Positions 10,205 through 20,468 of a stretch of DNA of 64,000 bases are shown in pieces (positions within the stretch are counted from its first letter, which is position 1; every line of letters begins with the position of its first letter). The stretch covers positions 3,156,481 through 3,220,480 of the forward strand of contig NZ_AP025591.1 in NCBI RefSeq assembly GCF_023169945.1. Reading direction: 5' to 3'. The notes beneath the pieces are model-generated. The model made no database searches. It was given only the letters and a program-made list of their open reading frames with translations, and had not been told where the DNA came from. Both the position numbers and the translations under genes were made by a program. The DNA is from Anaeromyxobacter oryzae. Its GTDB lineage: Bacteria; Myxococcota; Myxococcia; Myxococcales; Anaeromyxobacteraceae.

Positions 10205-11097
10205 TCACCGGCCGCACCGCGCTCTACGGCGTCGTCGGGCACCCCGTCGCGCACAGCCGCTCGCCCGAGATGCAGAACGCGGCGTTCGCCGACGCCGGCC
10301 TCGACGCGGTGTACGTCGCGCTCCCGGTGCCGCCGGACGGGCTCGGCGACGCGCTCCGCGGCGCCCACGCGCTCGGGTTCCAGGGGCTGAACGTCACCGT
10401 GCCGCACAAGCAGCGCGCGGCCTCGGCGTGCGTCGCGCTCGACGCGGTCGCCGAGGAGGTGGGCGCGGTGAACACGCTGCGGCGCACCGCCGTCGGGTGG
10501 GAGGGCTTCAACACCGATGCGCCGGCGTGCCTCGGGCTCCTCGAGGCGTCGGGCATCGGCGCGGGCGCGCGGGCGCTCCTCGTCGGCGCGGGCGGCGCGG
10601 CGCGGGCCGCGGGGTGGGCGCTGCTCCGGCTCGGCGCCGAGGTCCGCGTCGTGGCGCGGCGGCTCGAGGCGGCCGCCGACCTCGTGCACGCGCTCGGCTC
10701 GGCGCCGGCGCGGAACGGGGGTCGCGCCCAGGCCGTCGCCTGGGGCGAGCTCGCCGCCGAGGCGGACGCGGCCGACGTGGTGGTGAACGGGACCAGCGTC
10801 GGCCTGGCCGGGCACGCGACGCGCCTCCCCGCCCTCCGGTTCCGCCCGGGCCAGGTCGCCCTCGACTTCGTGTACGGGGAGACCGAGTTCGTCCGCTCCG
10901 CGTCCGACGCGGGCGCCCGGCTCGTCACCGGCGAGCAGATCCTGGTCCGCCAGGGCGCGCTCGCCTTCACCCTCTGGACGGGGCGCGGCGCGCCCGAGGC
11001 GGTCATGACGGCCGCGCTCGCGCGCCCCGCCGCGCCCTCCCTCGCGTCCGCCCCCGCGCGCAGCGCCGCGGCCGGATCATCTGGAGCGAAGCGATGA
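10201..11097 (+). CDS. aroE: shikimate dehydrogenase
   Basis: GTG start overlapping the aroA stop; [49 protein letters not shown]. Confidence 0.85.
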   Translation: MITGRTALYGVVGHPVAHSRSPEMQNAAFADAGLDAVYVALPVPPDGLGDALRGAHALGFQGLNVTVPHKQRAASACVALDAVAEEVGAVNTLRRTAVGWEGFNTDAPACLGLLEASGIGAGARALLVGAGGAARAAGWALLRLGAEVRVVARRLEAAADLVHALGSAPARNGGRAQAVAWGELAAEADAADVVVNGTSVGLAGHATRLPALRFRPGQVALDFVYGETEFVRSASDAGARLVTGEQILVRQGALAFTLWTGRGAPEAVMTAALARPAAPSLASAPARSAAAGSSGAKR

Positions 11098-12239
11098 CCC
11101 TCCGCTACCTCACCGCCGGCGAGTCGCACGGCCCCGGCCTCGTCGCCATCGCGGAGGGCTTCCCCGCCGGCCTCACCGTCGCCTTCGAGGCGGTGGATCG
11201 CGATCTCCGCCGCCGCCAGAAGGGCTACGGCCGCGGCGGCCGGATGAAGATCGAGACCGACCAGGCGCAGTTCCTCGCCGGCCTCCGCGGCGGCGTGACC
11301 ACCGGCGCGCCCATCGCGCTCGTGGTCTGGAACAAGGATCACGAGAACTGGAAGGAGCTCGTCTCGCCCTACGCGCGCGGCGGACGGAAGTTCACGCAGG
11401 TCCGCCCGGGCCACGCCGACCTCGCCGGCGCGCTCAAGTACGACCTCGACGACGCGCGCGACGTGCTCGAGCGCGCGAGCGCCCGCTCCACGGCCACCAT
11501 CGTCGCGCTCGGCGCCCTCGCGAAGGCGCTGCTCGGGCGCTTCGGGATCCAGGTCTCGTCGCGCGTCGTCGCCATCGGGCCGAGGGCGCGGCTCGCCGAC
11601 GCGCCGCCCGACGGCGCGCAGAAGCTCGCCATCGAGGCCTCGGATCTGCACGTCGACGACGAGGCGGTCGCGGCGGAGTGGCGGGCCCTCATCGACGCCG
11701 AGAAGGCGCGCGGCGGCTCCATCGGCGGCGCGTTCGACGTGTACGCCGAGGGGCTCCCCATCGGCCTCGGCAGCCACGTGCACCCCGACCGCCGCCTCGA
11801 CTCGCGCCTCGTCGGCGCGCTGTGCGGGATCCAGGCGATCCGCGCCGCGGAGGTCGGCGACGGCACGCAGGTGGGCCGCCCCGGGTACGAGTTCCACGAT
11901 CCCATCCACTACGACCCGGCGCGCGGGTTCCACCGTCCGTCGAACCGTGCCGGCGGCCTCGAGGGTGGCATGACCGACGGGATGCCGCTCCGGGTCCGCG
12001 CGTACATGAAGCCCATCCCGACCATGCTCCACCCGCTCGACACCGTGGACCTCGCGACCCGCGAGGCGACCCAGGCCCGCTATGAGCGCAGCGACGTCTG
12101 CGCGGTCCCGGCCGCGGCGATCGTGGGCGAGGCCGTGGTGGCGTGGGAGCTCGCGAACGCGTTCCTCGAGAAGTTCGGCGGGGACGCGATCGCCGACGTG
12201 GAGAAGGCCGTGGAGGCGTATGCCGCTCGGATCCGGTGA
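11094..12239 (+). CDS. aroC: chorismate synthase
   Basis: ATGA overlap with aroE; [52 protein letters not shown]. Confidence 0.9.
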   Translation: MTLRYLTAGESHGPGLVAIAEGFPAGLTVAFEAVDRDLRRRQKGYGRGGRMKIETDQAQFLAGLRGGVTTGAPIALVVWNKDHENWKELVSPYARGGRKFTQVRPGHADLAGALKYDLDDARDVLERASARSTATIVALGALAKALLGRFGIQVSSRVVAIGPRARLADAPPDGAQKLAIEASDLHVDDEAVAAEWRALIDAEKARGGSIGGAFDVYAEGLPIGLGSHVHPDRRLDSRLVGALCGIQAIRAAEVGDGTQVGRPGYEFHDPIHYDPARGFHRPSNRAGGLEGGMTDGMPLRVRAYMKPIPTMLHPLDTVDLATREATQARYERSDVCAVPAAAIVGEAVVAWELANAFLEKFGGDAIADVEKAVEAYAARIR

Positions 12240-12708
12240 GACCGTCGCAGTCACGGGGATGATGGGCGCCGGGAAGTCCACGGTCGCCCGCGCCCTCGGG
12301 CGGCTCCTCGGGCGGCCCGTCGTCTCGCTCGACGCGGAGATCGCCGCCCGCGCGGGGAAGTCGATCCCGGCCATCTTCGCCGAGGACGGCGAGCCCGCCT
12401 TCCGGGCGCTGGAGCGGCACGCCGTGAGCGCGGTCCCGCCCGGCGCGGTGGTCGACCTCGGCGGCGGCGCGTTCTGCGATCCCGCGAGCGCGGCGCGGCT
12501 CCTCGCCATGGGGCGGGTGGTGTTCCTCGACGTCTCGCCGGCCGAGGCGGCGCGCCGGATCGGCGCCGGCGACGGCCGGCCCCTCGCCGCGACCTGGGAG
12601 GCGCTCCTGGCGCGGCGGCTCCCGCTGTACCGCCGCGCCCACCTCACCATCCGGGTGGACGGGCTCGCGCCCGACGCCATCGCGCGCCGCATCGTGGAGG
12701 CCCTGTGA
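12220..12708 (+). CDS. aroK: shikimate kinase
   Basis: Walker A motif [19 protein letters not shown]; ~160 aa; overlaps the aroC 3' end by ~20 nt (start could be slightly downstream). Confidence 0.8.
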   Translation: MPLGSGETVAVTGMMGAGKSTVARALGRLLGRPVVSLDAEIAARAGKSIPAIFAEDGEPAFRALERHAVSAVPPGAVVDLGGGAFCDPASAARLLAMGRVVFLDVSPAEAARRIGAGDGRPLAATWEALLARRLPLYRRAHLTIRVDGLAPDAIARRIVEAL

Positions 12709-13898
12709 CCCGCTCGAACCCGCCGCTCCCCGAGGAGACCGGCGCCGGCCCCGAGGTCGTCGAGCTGATCCCCGCACGCCAGGGCGGGCACGAGTACCCG
12801 GTCCGCGTGGGCGGGGGCGTGGCCGAGCTCCTCGCCGGGTTCGCCGAGGAGCACGATCGCCTCGCGCTCGTCAGCTCCGCGCCCGTGCTCCGGACCCGCC
12901 ACGGCAAGGCGGTCCGGGAGCGGCTCGCCGCCACCGGCCGGCTCGGGCTCGTCCACGTCCTGCCGGACGGCGAGCGCGGGAAGACGCTCGGCGAGCTCGA
13001 GCGCGCCGCGACGGCGCTCCTCCGCGCCGGGCTGACGCGCCGCTCGCTCGTCGTCGCCCTCGGCGGCGGCGCCGTCACCGACGCCGCGGGCTTCCTCGCC
13101 GCCACGTACATGCGGGGCCTCCCCTGGGTGGCGGTCCCGACGACGCTCCTCGCGATGGTCGACGCGGCGATCGGCGGGAAGACCGCGGTGAACCTGCCGC
13201 TGGCGAAGAACGCGGTCGGCGCGTTCCACCCGCCCGAGGCGGTGCTCGCCGATCCGGCGACGCTCGCGACGCTCCCCGCCCGCGAGCTCGCGAGCGGGAA
13301 GGGCGAGGTCATGAAGTACGGCGCGCTCCAGCCCGCGCTCCTCGCCTCCTTCGCCGAGCGGAGCGGCGGCGCGATCCCCGACCCCGCCGTGATCGCCGCC
13401 TGCGCGCGGATGAAGGTCGACGTGGTCGAGGCGGACCCGCGCGAGAAGGGACCGCGCAAGCTCCTGAACCTCGGGCACACCTTCGGCCACGGCGTGGAGG
13501 CGGCCGGCAAGCTCTCCCGCTACACGCACGGCGAGGCGGTCTCCATCGGCCTCGCCTTCGCCTTCCGCCTCGCCCGCCAGCTCGGGCGCGTCGGCGACGA
13601 CGCGGTCGCCGCCGTCGAGGCGGCGCTCTCCGGCGTCGGCCTCCCGACCCGCGTCCCCGCCGCGATCGCCCGCGCCGGCACGAAGCTCATGGCGTTCGAC
13701 AAGAAGAGGGGGGAGGATGGGCTCCTCTGGGTCCTGCCGCGGGCGGACGCGGGGAGCTGGGTGGTGGAGTGGGACGTCCGGGTCGAGCCGGGCGCGGTGG
13801 AGGCGACGGTCGCGGAGATCGTGGCGGCGCCCGGGCGCTCGGCGGCCCGTCCGGGCTCGCGGAGCCGCGCGAAGGCGCGGAGAAAGGCGGCGCGATGA
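12705..13898 (+). CDS. aroB: 3-dehydroquinate synthase
   Basis: GTG start (GTGA overlap with aroK); [67 protein letters not shown]. Confidence 0.9.
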   Translation: MTRSNPPLPEETGAGPEVVELIPARQGGHEYPVRVGGGVAELLAGFAEEHDRLALVSSAPVLRTRHGKAVRERLAATGRLGLVHVLPDGERGKTLGELERAATALLRAGLTRRSLVVALGGGAVTDAAGFLAATYMRGLPWVAVPTTLLAMVDAAIGGKTAVNLPLAKNAVGAFHPPEAVLADPATLATLPARELASGKGEVMKYGALQPALLASFAERSGGAIPDPAVIAACARMKVDVVEADPREKGPRKLLNLGHTFGHGVEAAGKLSRYTHGEAVSIGLAFAFRLARQLGRVGDDAVAAVEAALSGVGLPTRVPAAIARAGTKLMAFDKKRGEDGLLWVLPRADAGSWVVEWDVRVEPGAVEATVAEIVAAPGRSAARPGSRSRAKARRKAAR

Positions 13899-14365
13899 TC
13901 CTCCTCGTGAACGGTCCGAACCTGAACCTGCTCGGCGAGCGCGAGCCGGAGATCTACGGGCGCACGACGCTCGCCGACATCGAGCAGATGGTCGTGGACG
14001 CGTGCGCCGGCTGGGCCGTCCAGGTGAAGGCCTTCCAGTCGAACCACGAGGGCGCGCTCCTCGACTTCATCCAGGAGCACCGGGCGAAGGCGCGGGGCCT
14101 CATCCTGAACCTCGGCGCGCTCACGCACACGAGCTACGCGCTGCACGACTGCCTGAAGGCGCTCTCGGTCCCGGCCGTCGAGGTGCACATCTCGAACATC
14201 CACGCGCGCGAGGGCTTCCGCCACACGAGCCTCACGGCGCCCGCGTGCCGAGGCGTGATCGCCGGGCTCGGGCCGCGCGGCTACATCCTCGCCGCCGAGT
14301 GGCTGTGCGCCGAGATCGGCGCGCTCCCGCGCGAGCAGGCGGAGCGGAAGGCCCGGACGACGTAG
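13895..14365 (+). CDS. aroQ: 3-dehydroquinate dehydratase, type II
   Basis: ATGA overlap with aroB; [22 protein letters not shown]...NHEGAL...[15 protein letters not shown] is the canonical type II DHQase. Confidence 0.9.
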   Translation: MILLVNGPNLNLLGEREPEIYGRTTLADIEQMVVDACAGWAVQVKAFQSNHEGALLDFIQEHRAKARGLILNLGALTHTSYALHDCLKALSVPAVEVHISNIHAREGFRHTSLTAPACRGVIAGLGPRGYILAAEWLCAEIGALPREQAERKARTT

Positions 14366-14382
14366 CGTCGCCGGGCGCGCCC

Positions 14383-15387
14383 ATGCCGCGCGTCGCGGTC
14401 CTCATGCCGGTCCGGAACGCCGCCGCCACGGTGCGGGCGGCGGCCGCGTCGATCCTTCGCCAGACGGAGCGCGACCTCGCGCTCGTCTGCGTCGACGACG
14501 GCTCCAGCGACGGCACCGCGGAGGTCCTGGATCGGCTCGCCGCCCGCGATCGCCGCGTGTCCGTGGTGCGGGGCCCCGGCGAGGGCATCGCGCGCGCGCT
14601 GAACCGCGGGCTCGCGGCGTGCGACGCCGACGTGATCGCGCGGATGGACGCGGACGACGTGGCCCACCCGCGGCGCCTCGCGCTGACGCGCGCTGCGCTC
14701 GAGGCGGATCCGGCGCTGGTCGCGGTCGGCGGGCGGGTGCGCCTCTTCCCCCGCGCCACGGTGCGCGGCGGCATGCGGCGGTACGCGGCGTGGCTGAACG
14801 GGCTCGTCACGCCCGCGCTCGTCGCGCGGGACCTCCTCGTCGAGGCGCCACTCGTCCACCCCGCGACGGCGATCCGGAGCGCCGCGCTCGCGGCGGCAGG
14901 AGGCTGGCGCGACGGCGCGTTCCCGGAGGACTACGATCTCTGGCTGCGCCTCTCGGCGGCCGGCGGCCGGCTCACCAACGTCCCGGAGCTGGTCCTCGAC
15001 TGGCGCGAGTCGGCGGGCCGCGCGACGCGCACCGACCCGCGCTACGCGCTCGCCCGTCACGTGGCGCTCAAGTGCGCCCACCTCGCGGAGCACGTGCTCG
15101 CCGGCGTGTCCGAGGTGGCGCTCTGGGGTGCCGGGGAGACCGGCAAGGCCTTCTCCGACGCGCTCCGCGAGCGCGGCATCGCCACCTCGCTCTTCGTCGA
15201 GGTGGACCGCGCGAAGATTGGACGGACCATCCGGGGCGCGCGGGTGATCTCGCATGAGGACGTCGCCGTGGTCCGCGGGCTGCCGCTCCTCGTGGCGGTG
15301 GGCGCTCCGGGCGCGCGAGACCTCATCCGGGATGCGCTCTCGCGCGCGGGGTTCGCGGAGCTCCGGGACTATCGCTGCGTCGCATGA
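14383..15387 (+). CDS. family-2 glycosyltransferase
   Basis: VAVLMPVRNAAATV...LVCVDDGSSDGT...ARMDADDVAHPRRL is the GT-A DxD fold signature; only 17 nt after aroQ. Confidence 0.75.
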   Translation: MPRVAVLMPVRNAAATVRAAAASILRQTERDLALVCVDDGSSDGTAEVLDRLAARDRRVSVVRGPGEGIARALNRGLAACDADVIARMDADDVAHPRRLALTRAALEADPALVAVGGRVRLFPRATVRGGMRRYAAWLNGLVTPALVARDLLVEAPLVHPATAIRSAALAAAGGWRDGAFPEDYDLWLRLSAAGGRLTNVPELVLDWRESAGRATRTDPRYALARHVALKCAHLAEHVLAGVSEVALWGAGETGKAFSDALRERGIATSLFVEVDRAKIGRTIRGARVISHEDVAVVRGLPLLVAVGAPGARDLIRDALSRAGFAELRDYRCVA

Positions 15388-15495
15388 CCACGGGGGAGAG
15401 CCCGCGCGACCCCTACGCACCGTCGACGGAGCATGGTAGCGATGCAGCGCCGCGCCACGCGCGGGGGGAAACGATGACCGAGTCGCATCGCCATC

Positions 15496-16581
15496 ATGGA
15501 CGCGCCCGCGCCTGACCATCTGCGCGCGCGGATCCAGGCGCTCGAGGCCGAGCTCCGCGCGCTGCACGACGAGAACGATCGCCTCGCCGAGGCGCAGACG
15601 GACGCCGTCCTCCTCGGCTTCCTCGCCGAGCACGTGAGGGCGGAGTCGGAGCCGGACGGCATCCTCCGCGCCGGCCTCGAGCGGATGAGCGTCCTGAAGG
15701 ACCTGTCGCTCACGCTCGCCTGCGCGCGAGAAGGCGACCGGCTCGTGGCGCGTGCCGTCCACGTCGCGTCGGGCGATCCGGTGGCGGGCGAGGTCGCCCT
15801 CACGCCGGCGGCCGAGGTCCTCACCGCGCTCGGAGAGGGCGTCGTCGTGCCACTGTCCGGCGCGGAGGCGTGCGCCGACGCGGGCCTGGGCGCGGGCGCG
15901 CTGCCGGGCGGCGTCGCGCCGAGGGCCGTGCTCCTCCTGCCGTTCCAGTGCCGCGCCTTCGGGGCCGGCGTCTTCGTGCTCGCGGACGAACGCGGCGAGG
16001 CGCGCCTCGTCCAGGCCGCGGCGGTCCTCGAGCGCGCTGCCGAGATCGTCGTCGGGCGCCTCGACCTCGTCGCGCTCGAGGATGCGCTCCGGAGGGCGAG
16101 CGCCGCGCTCGAGCAGCGCCGCGCGGAGCCCGGCCTCGCGCCGCCCCCGGCCGCCGAGCCCGCCGCACGCGCGTCGGCGCCCGAGCCGGCGCGCGCAGAG
16201 CGGGGCCGCGGCGAGACCGTGCTCCTCGTCGACGACGAGCCGCTCGTCCGGCGCGCTCTCGGCCGGGTCCTCGAGGGGCGCGGCTACGTCGTCGTCCCGG
16301 CCGCCTCCGCGGAGGAGGCGCTCGGGATCCTGGCGGGCCGCGGCGGCGTCGACCTGCTCCTGACCGACGTCTCGATGCCGGGGATGCGCGGCCCGGAGCT
16401 CGTCCGCGCGTTCCAGGCGCGCTGCCCCGGGCGTCCCACCCTCCTCATGTCGGGTTACCCCGAAGCGGCCGCGGGCGAGAAGCTCGGGGGCACCATGCTC
16501 GAGAAGCCGATCTCTCCCGACGCCCTCGCGCGCGCGGTGCGCGACGCGCTCGACGCCGCGGTGGGCCGCGCGGCGGGGTGA
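15496..16581 (+). CDS. response regulator with N-terminal coiled-coil/GAF-like region and C-terminal receiver domain
   Basis: C-terminal TVLLVDDEPLVRRALGRVLEGRGYVV...LLLTDVSMPGMRGPEL...LLMSGY...KP is a CheY-like receiver. Confidence 0.7.
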   Translation: MDAPAPDHLRARIQALEAELRALHDENDRLAEAQTDAVLLGFLAEHVRAESEPDGILRAGLERMSVLKDLSLTLACAREGDRLVARAVHVASGDPVAGEVALTPAAEVLTALGEGVVVPLSGAEACADAGLGAGALPGGVAPRAVLLLPFQCRAFGAGVFVLADERGEARLVQAAAVLERAAEIVVGRLDLVALEDALRRASAALEQRRAEPGLAPPPAAEPAARASAPEPARAERGRGETVLLVDDEPLVRRALGRVLEGRGYVVVPAASAEEALGILAGRGGVDLLLTDVSMPGMRGPELVRAFQARCPGRPTLLMSGYPEAAAGEKLGGTMLEKPISPDALARAVRDALDAAVGRAAG

Positions 16582-16591
16582 TCGCCGACCG

Positions 16592-17791
16592 GTGCGGTCG
16601 ACGGCCGTGCGCGGCCGCGATTGTGCCTGCCCCGCCCGCCGATCTACGTTCGCCAGGACCGTGACGGATCACCGCCGACCCGCGGGCGCCTCGCCCGCCG
16701 CGCTCGCCGCGCCCCCGCCGGCGGCCTCGCCGCACGGGATCGCGTTCGATCTCGGCGCCTTCCGCCGCGAGCTCGTCTCCCGCACCGCGGCCGCCGTCCA
16801 GGCGCTCCGCGCGCGCGTCGGCTCCGAGACCCTCTACGCCTTCGCGCTCTTCCTCGACGCGGAGGCCACCCACACGACCGTGTCCGCCTCGGCGAACACC
16901 GAGGAGGCGCTCGCGCAGCGCGCCGCGGCGCGCGCGGAGATCGACCCGCGGTACCGCGGCGAGTCCGGGCGGCGGCTCCTGCGCTGGTCGACGCCGGACT
17001 GGGGCTACCACGACTTCTCGGCGGAGATGCGGGCCCTCGCGATCCCCCCGGTCGTGGACTGGAAGCCGGGGACGGACGTGGCGCTCTACGCGGCGCTCGC
17101 CGGCGCGCTCAAGGCGGTCGATCGCGCCGGCCTCTTCGGGCGCGGCGCGGAGCGGGCCTTCCTCACCGTGAACGTGCTCGCGCCCTCCGCCTCGCCCGCG
17201 TTCTTCCTGAAGGGGCTGAAGCTCCTGAACCCGCGGCCGACCGTGGAGCGGCACCTCCACGAGACCTCGATGGCGCCCTTCGTGCGGTGCGTGAACCGCG
17301 CCCCGCGCCGCGAGCGGATGCGCATCTGGCTCGCGCTCTACGAGGACCTGTACATGGAGTGGCGGACGCCCATCGCCGAGGAGGCGCGGGCGCGCGGGAT
17401 GAGCCCCTGGGACGTCGAGGTCGAGCTGGCGCGGTTCGGGCCGAAGGTGGTCCCGTCGCTCGTGGACCTGCTCGCGCACTACGGCTTCGCGTCGCCGTTC
17501 GATCACAACCGCGGGCTCGAGACCCGCGAGGTCTGGCTCGCCGGCAGCGCGCTGTTCCTCCTGCGCCGGATCGGCGGCGTGCAGGAGCGGGAGATCGCGC
17601 GGCTCCAGAAGCTCGTCGCCGACTTCGTGGAGCGCGACCGGCGCCTCAAGATCGCGCCGACCCTCGCGGAGAACACCGCCCGCGTGCTGTGGCAGCTCCG
17701 GCCCCGGCGGTTCCCGGAGCCGGTGATGGACCCGCAGACCTACAAGCTGCTGAATCCGGAGCCGTTCCTGCTCCGCAACACCGAGCGGTGA
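16592..17791 (+). CDS. hypothetical protein
   Basis: long ORF in the same direction, codon-biased, no recognised motifs; start uncertain (the first ~40 codons look non-coding). Confidence 0.45.
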   Translation: MRSTAVRGRDCACPARRSTFARTVTDHRRPAGASPAALAAPPPAASPHGIAFDLGAFRRELVSRTAAAVQALRARVGSETLYAFALFLDAEATHTTVSASANTEEALAQRAAARAEIDPRYRGESGRRLLRWSTPDWGYHDFSAEMRALAIPPVVDWKPGTDVALYAALAGALKAVDRAGLFGRGAERAFLTVNVLAPSASPAFFLKGLKLLNPRPTVERHLHETSMAPFVRCVNRAPRRERMRIWLALYEDLYMEWRTPIAEEARARGMSPWDVEVELARFGPKVVPSLVDLLAHYGFASPFDHNRGLETREVWLAGSALFLLRRIGGVQEREIARLQKLVADFVERDRRLKIAPTLAENTARVLWQLRPRRFPEPVMDPQTYKLLNPEPFLLRNTER

Positions 17792-17813
17792 GAGGCGCCG
17801 GCGGCCGTTTCCG

Positions 17814-18948
17814 CTACTTCGGAGCGGCGGTTGCCGCCGCCGTCGCCGGCTTCTTCACCGCGAGCAGCAGGTTCGACTCGTCCGCGTCCTTCCGGTAGCC
17901 GATCTTGAACGGCAGCGGGCGCGCCGGCTCCGCCGCGAACAGCTTGATGAGCGGCTTCTGGTAGGCGCGCTGGAACGGCGGCTTCGGCTGCAGGTAGGTC
18001 CCGAAGGTGGTGAGCTCCCACCCGCCCTTCTCGAACACCTTGAACGGGAGCCCCGAGTCGTCCTGGAGGACGGAGAGGCTCTGCTCGACGAGGAGCGCGC
18101 GCGGCTTCGAGAAGCGGTTGTCGTGGAGGATGAACGACGCCGCCTTGAGGAACGCGTTCGCGTTGCCGTAGGCGCGGGCGAAGGTGAGGAAGCCCGGCTT
18201 CTTCTGGAGCGCGGCGTCCCCGAGGTCGACCCGCACGTAGATCATCTCCTGCGGCGCGTGGCCCTCGCGCTGGAACCGGACGCGGACGCCGGGCGTGCCG
18301 GCGCCCCACTTCTCGCCGTCGGCCTTCGGCTTCGCGGCGCCGGTCGCGTCGATCTCGATGTGCTCGGCGCCGAGGATCTTCCCGCCCGAGCGGGCGATGA
18401 ACAGGTACAGGATCGGCTGGACGCCGTCGATCTCGTCGCCGCGGAGGTCGTGGCCCATCTCGTCGGTCCGGAAGAAGCTCGCCGGCACGACGGTGCGGAG
18501 CGCCTCGGCGAGGCCGGACAGCGCGTTCTCGAGGGCCTTCGGCTTCAGCTCCTCGGGCGGCGGCACGCGGCCGACCTTCTCGAGGCCGGCGAGCAGGTAC
18601 GCGGGAGCGTCCGGGTAGAGGCAGAGCGGCGTCACCGCGTCCGGACCGCCGAAGAGGTAGAGGAGCTTCGCGTTCGGCTGGATCCGGGGGGCGAGCTCCG
18701 CCTTCGCCCAGCCGTCCATCACCGCGAGGCGCTTCGACAGCTTCGCCCACGCGTCGTCCATCGCCTTCTGGTGCGCCTTCCACGACGCACCCTCCTCGAG
18801 CTTCGCGAGCGGGGACCCGGCGGGCACGGGCAGGCCGGCGAGGAAGCGGGCCTGCTCGTCCGGCGTCGACGCGGCGCGGGCGGCGGGCGCGGAGAGGATG
18901 GCGGCGAGGGTAGCGGCCGCGAGGAGGCGGGGAGCGGCGAGGCGCATC
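17814..18948 (-). CDS. secreted hypothetical protein
   Basis: MRLAAPRLLAAATLAAILSAPAARAAS signal peptide; Lys/Glu-containing normal composition unlike the antisense ORF. Confidence 0.6.
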
Positions 18949-19037
18949 GAGGGAGGTCTCCTGCTGCGCGCGGGGTGGTGAGGCGCGCGTCGGGGGCACA
19001 CGATACCGGATCTCCGTCCGGGGCCAAACCAGGGGGG

Positions 19038-20384
19038 TCAGCGGGCCCGGGATCGACGCGCCGCCCGCGTCGCGTATTCATCCACCGCCGCGCCGATCCG
19101 GGCGATCCGGCCCGAGACGCAGAGCCGCTCGGCGTCGCACGGGTGAAGCGGCGCCGCGGCGTTCTCCGGGTCCAGGTAGCGGCTCCCCGCGCTCGCGACG
19201 AGCACGATCACGTACCGCCGCGCCGGCTCGCCGGGCAGGCTCTCGACGATCCCGGCGTCCGCGGCGAAGTTCCAGGTGAGCCCGGTCTTGTGGAGGAACC
19301 GGACCTCCGCGGCCGCGTTGCACGGGCGGACGTCCCGGCCGTACGCGATCTCGCCGACCGTCTCGGCGCCCGTCGCGGGATCGACGAACCGCCCCGGCAC
19401 GCGGGCGGGGATCCCCTCGGGCCGGACCCCGCAGAGGCTCCCGGAGGAGAGCACGTCGTGCATGCCCTGGTCCCCGAGGAGCGTCAGCAGCCGCGCCCGC
19501 GCCTTCTCCGGGAGCGCCTTCCGCGTCACCGGGCGCCCGCCCGGCGCGTACCACAGGACGCCCGGACCGCCCGCGACGAGCCACAGCAGCCGCGCCGCGT
19601 CCATCGCGGTGACGTTCACCTCGCCCGGCGCCCAGCGGCCGCCGTCCTCGGGGCTCGTGCCCTCGACGCGGAGCGTGCCGAGCCCGAGCGCGGCGAGGTC
19701 CGCGTTCATGCGGTCCACCTCGCCCCGGGCGTGCAGGTAACGGAGCAGCGCGCGCGTGGCGCGGTTGTCGGAGCGGGTGATCATCGCGTCGAGCCACTCC
19801 TCGACGGGCCGGACCTCCGCGTCGGGTCCCGGGCCGTCCGCGACCGGCAGCCCGAGCGAGAGCGCGCTGTCCGCGGCGCGGCGGAGCACGTGGAAGGCGA
19901 CGACGAGCTTGAAGACCGACGCCGGGTACGGCGCCATGAAGTCCCGGCCGTTCCGCCTGCCCCCGACGTCGTCCTCGTCCCGGAACGGCGGCCCGGCGTC
20001 GGCCGCCTCGCGACGCGCGGGGCTCCACCGGCGGAACCGGACCCGAGCGGCGAGGTCGCGATCGAGCGGGACGATCACCCCGCCCGGCGCGTCCGGCGCG
20101 AGCTGGACGTCCGCCGCCTCGAGCGCCCGGCCCTCGGCGTCGAGGCGGATCACCGCGACGTCGAGGTTTGGCACCGCGCCGATGCGCGGAAGCGGGCGCG
20201 GGCAGCCCGGGCCCGTCGGGCAGCTGCCCTCGTCCGCGCCCGCGTCCGCGAGCTCGTCGAGCCCGGCGGCGTGGACGGCGTCGAGGAGCGCGTGCGCGAG
20301 GTCCCGCGGCGGCGGAGCCGGTCGCGCACGGGACGGCGCGGCGGCGAGGGCGAGCACGAGGAGGAGCGGTGCGGCGTGCATGGC
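19038..20384 (-). CDS. class A beta-lactamase-related serine hydrolase (exported)
   Basis: signal peptide MHAAPLLLVLALAAA; SVFK (SxxK), RSDN (SDN) and HKTG (KTG) motifs in correct order and spacing; no obvious ExxLN omega-loop Glu. Confidence 0.6.
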   Translation of the reverse strand, partial: AMHAAPLLLVLALAAAPSRARPAPPPRDLAHALLDAVHAAGLDELADAGADEGSCPTGPGCPRPLPRIGAVPNLDVAVIRLDAEGRALEAADVQLAPDAPGGVIVPLDRDLAARVRFRRWSPARREAADAGPPFRDEDDVGGRRNGRDFMAPYPASVFKLVVAFHVLRRAADSALSLGLPVADGPGPDAEVRPVEEWLDAMITRSDNRATRALLRYLHARGEVDRMNADLAALGLGTLRVEGTSPEDGGRWAPGEVNVTAMDAARLLWLVAGGPGVLWYAPGGRPVTRKALPEKARARLLTLLGDQGMHDVLSSGSLCGVRPEGIPARVPGRFVDPATGAETVGEIAYGRDVRPCNAAAEVRFLHKTGLTWNFAADAGIVESLPGEPARRYVIVLVASAGSRYLDPENAAAPLHPCDAERLCVSGRIARIGAAVDEYATRAARRSRAR

Positions 20385-20468
20385 TTCTGCGGCGGCGAGG
20401 AGACCACGGACGGCCGGGGCTGTCACGGGGCCCGGCCCGATGAGGCGCCGCGCCTCGGGCGTCACGCC

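Noticed and set aside
10224-13529. 1101-aa minus-strand ORF (and 8012-10063, 8704-10101 minus ORFs)
   Set aside because: Antisense to aroE, aroC, aroK, aroB (and aroA, tyrA), which all have unambiguous family signatures on the plus strand.
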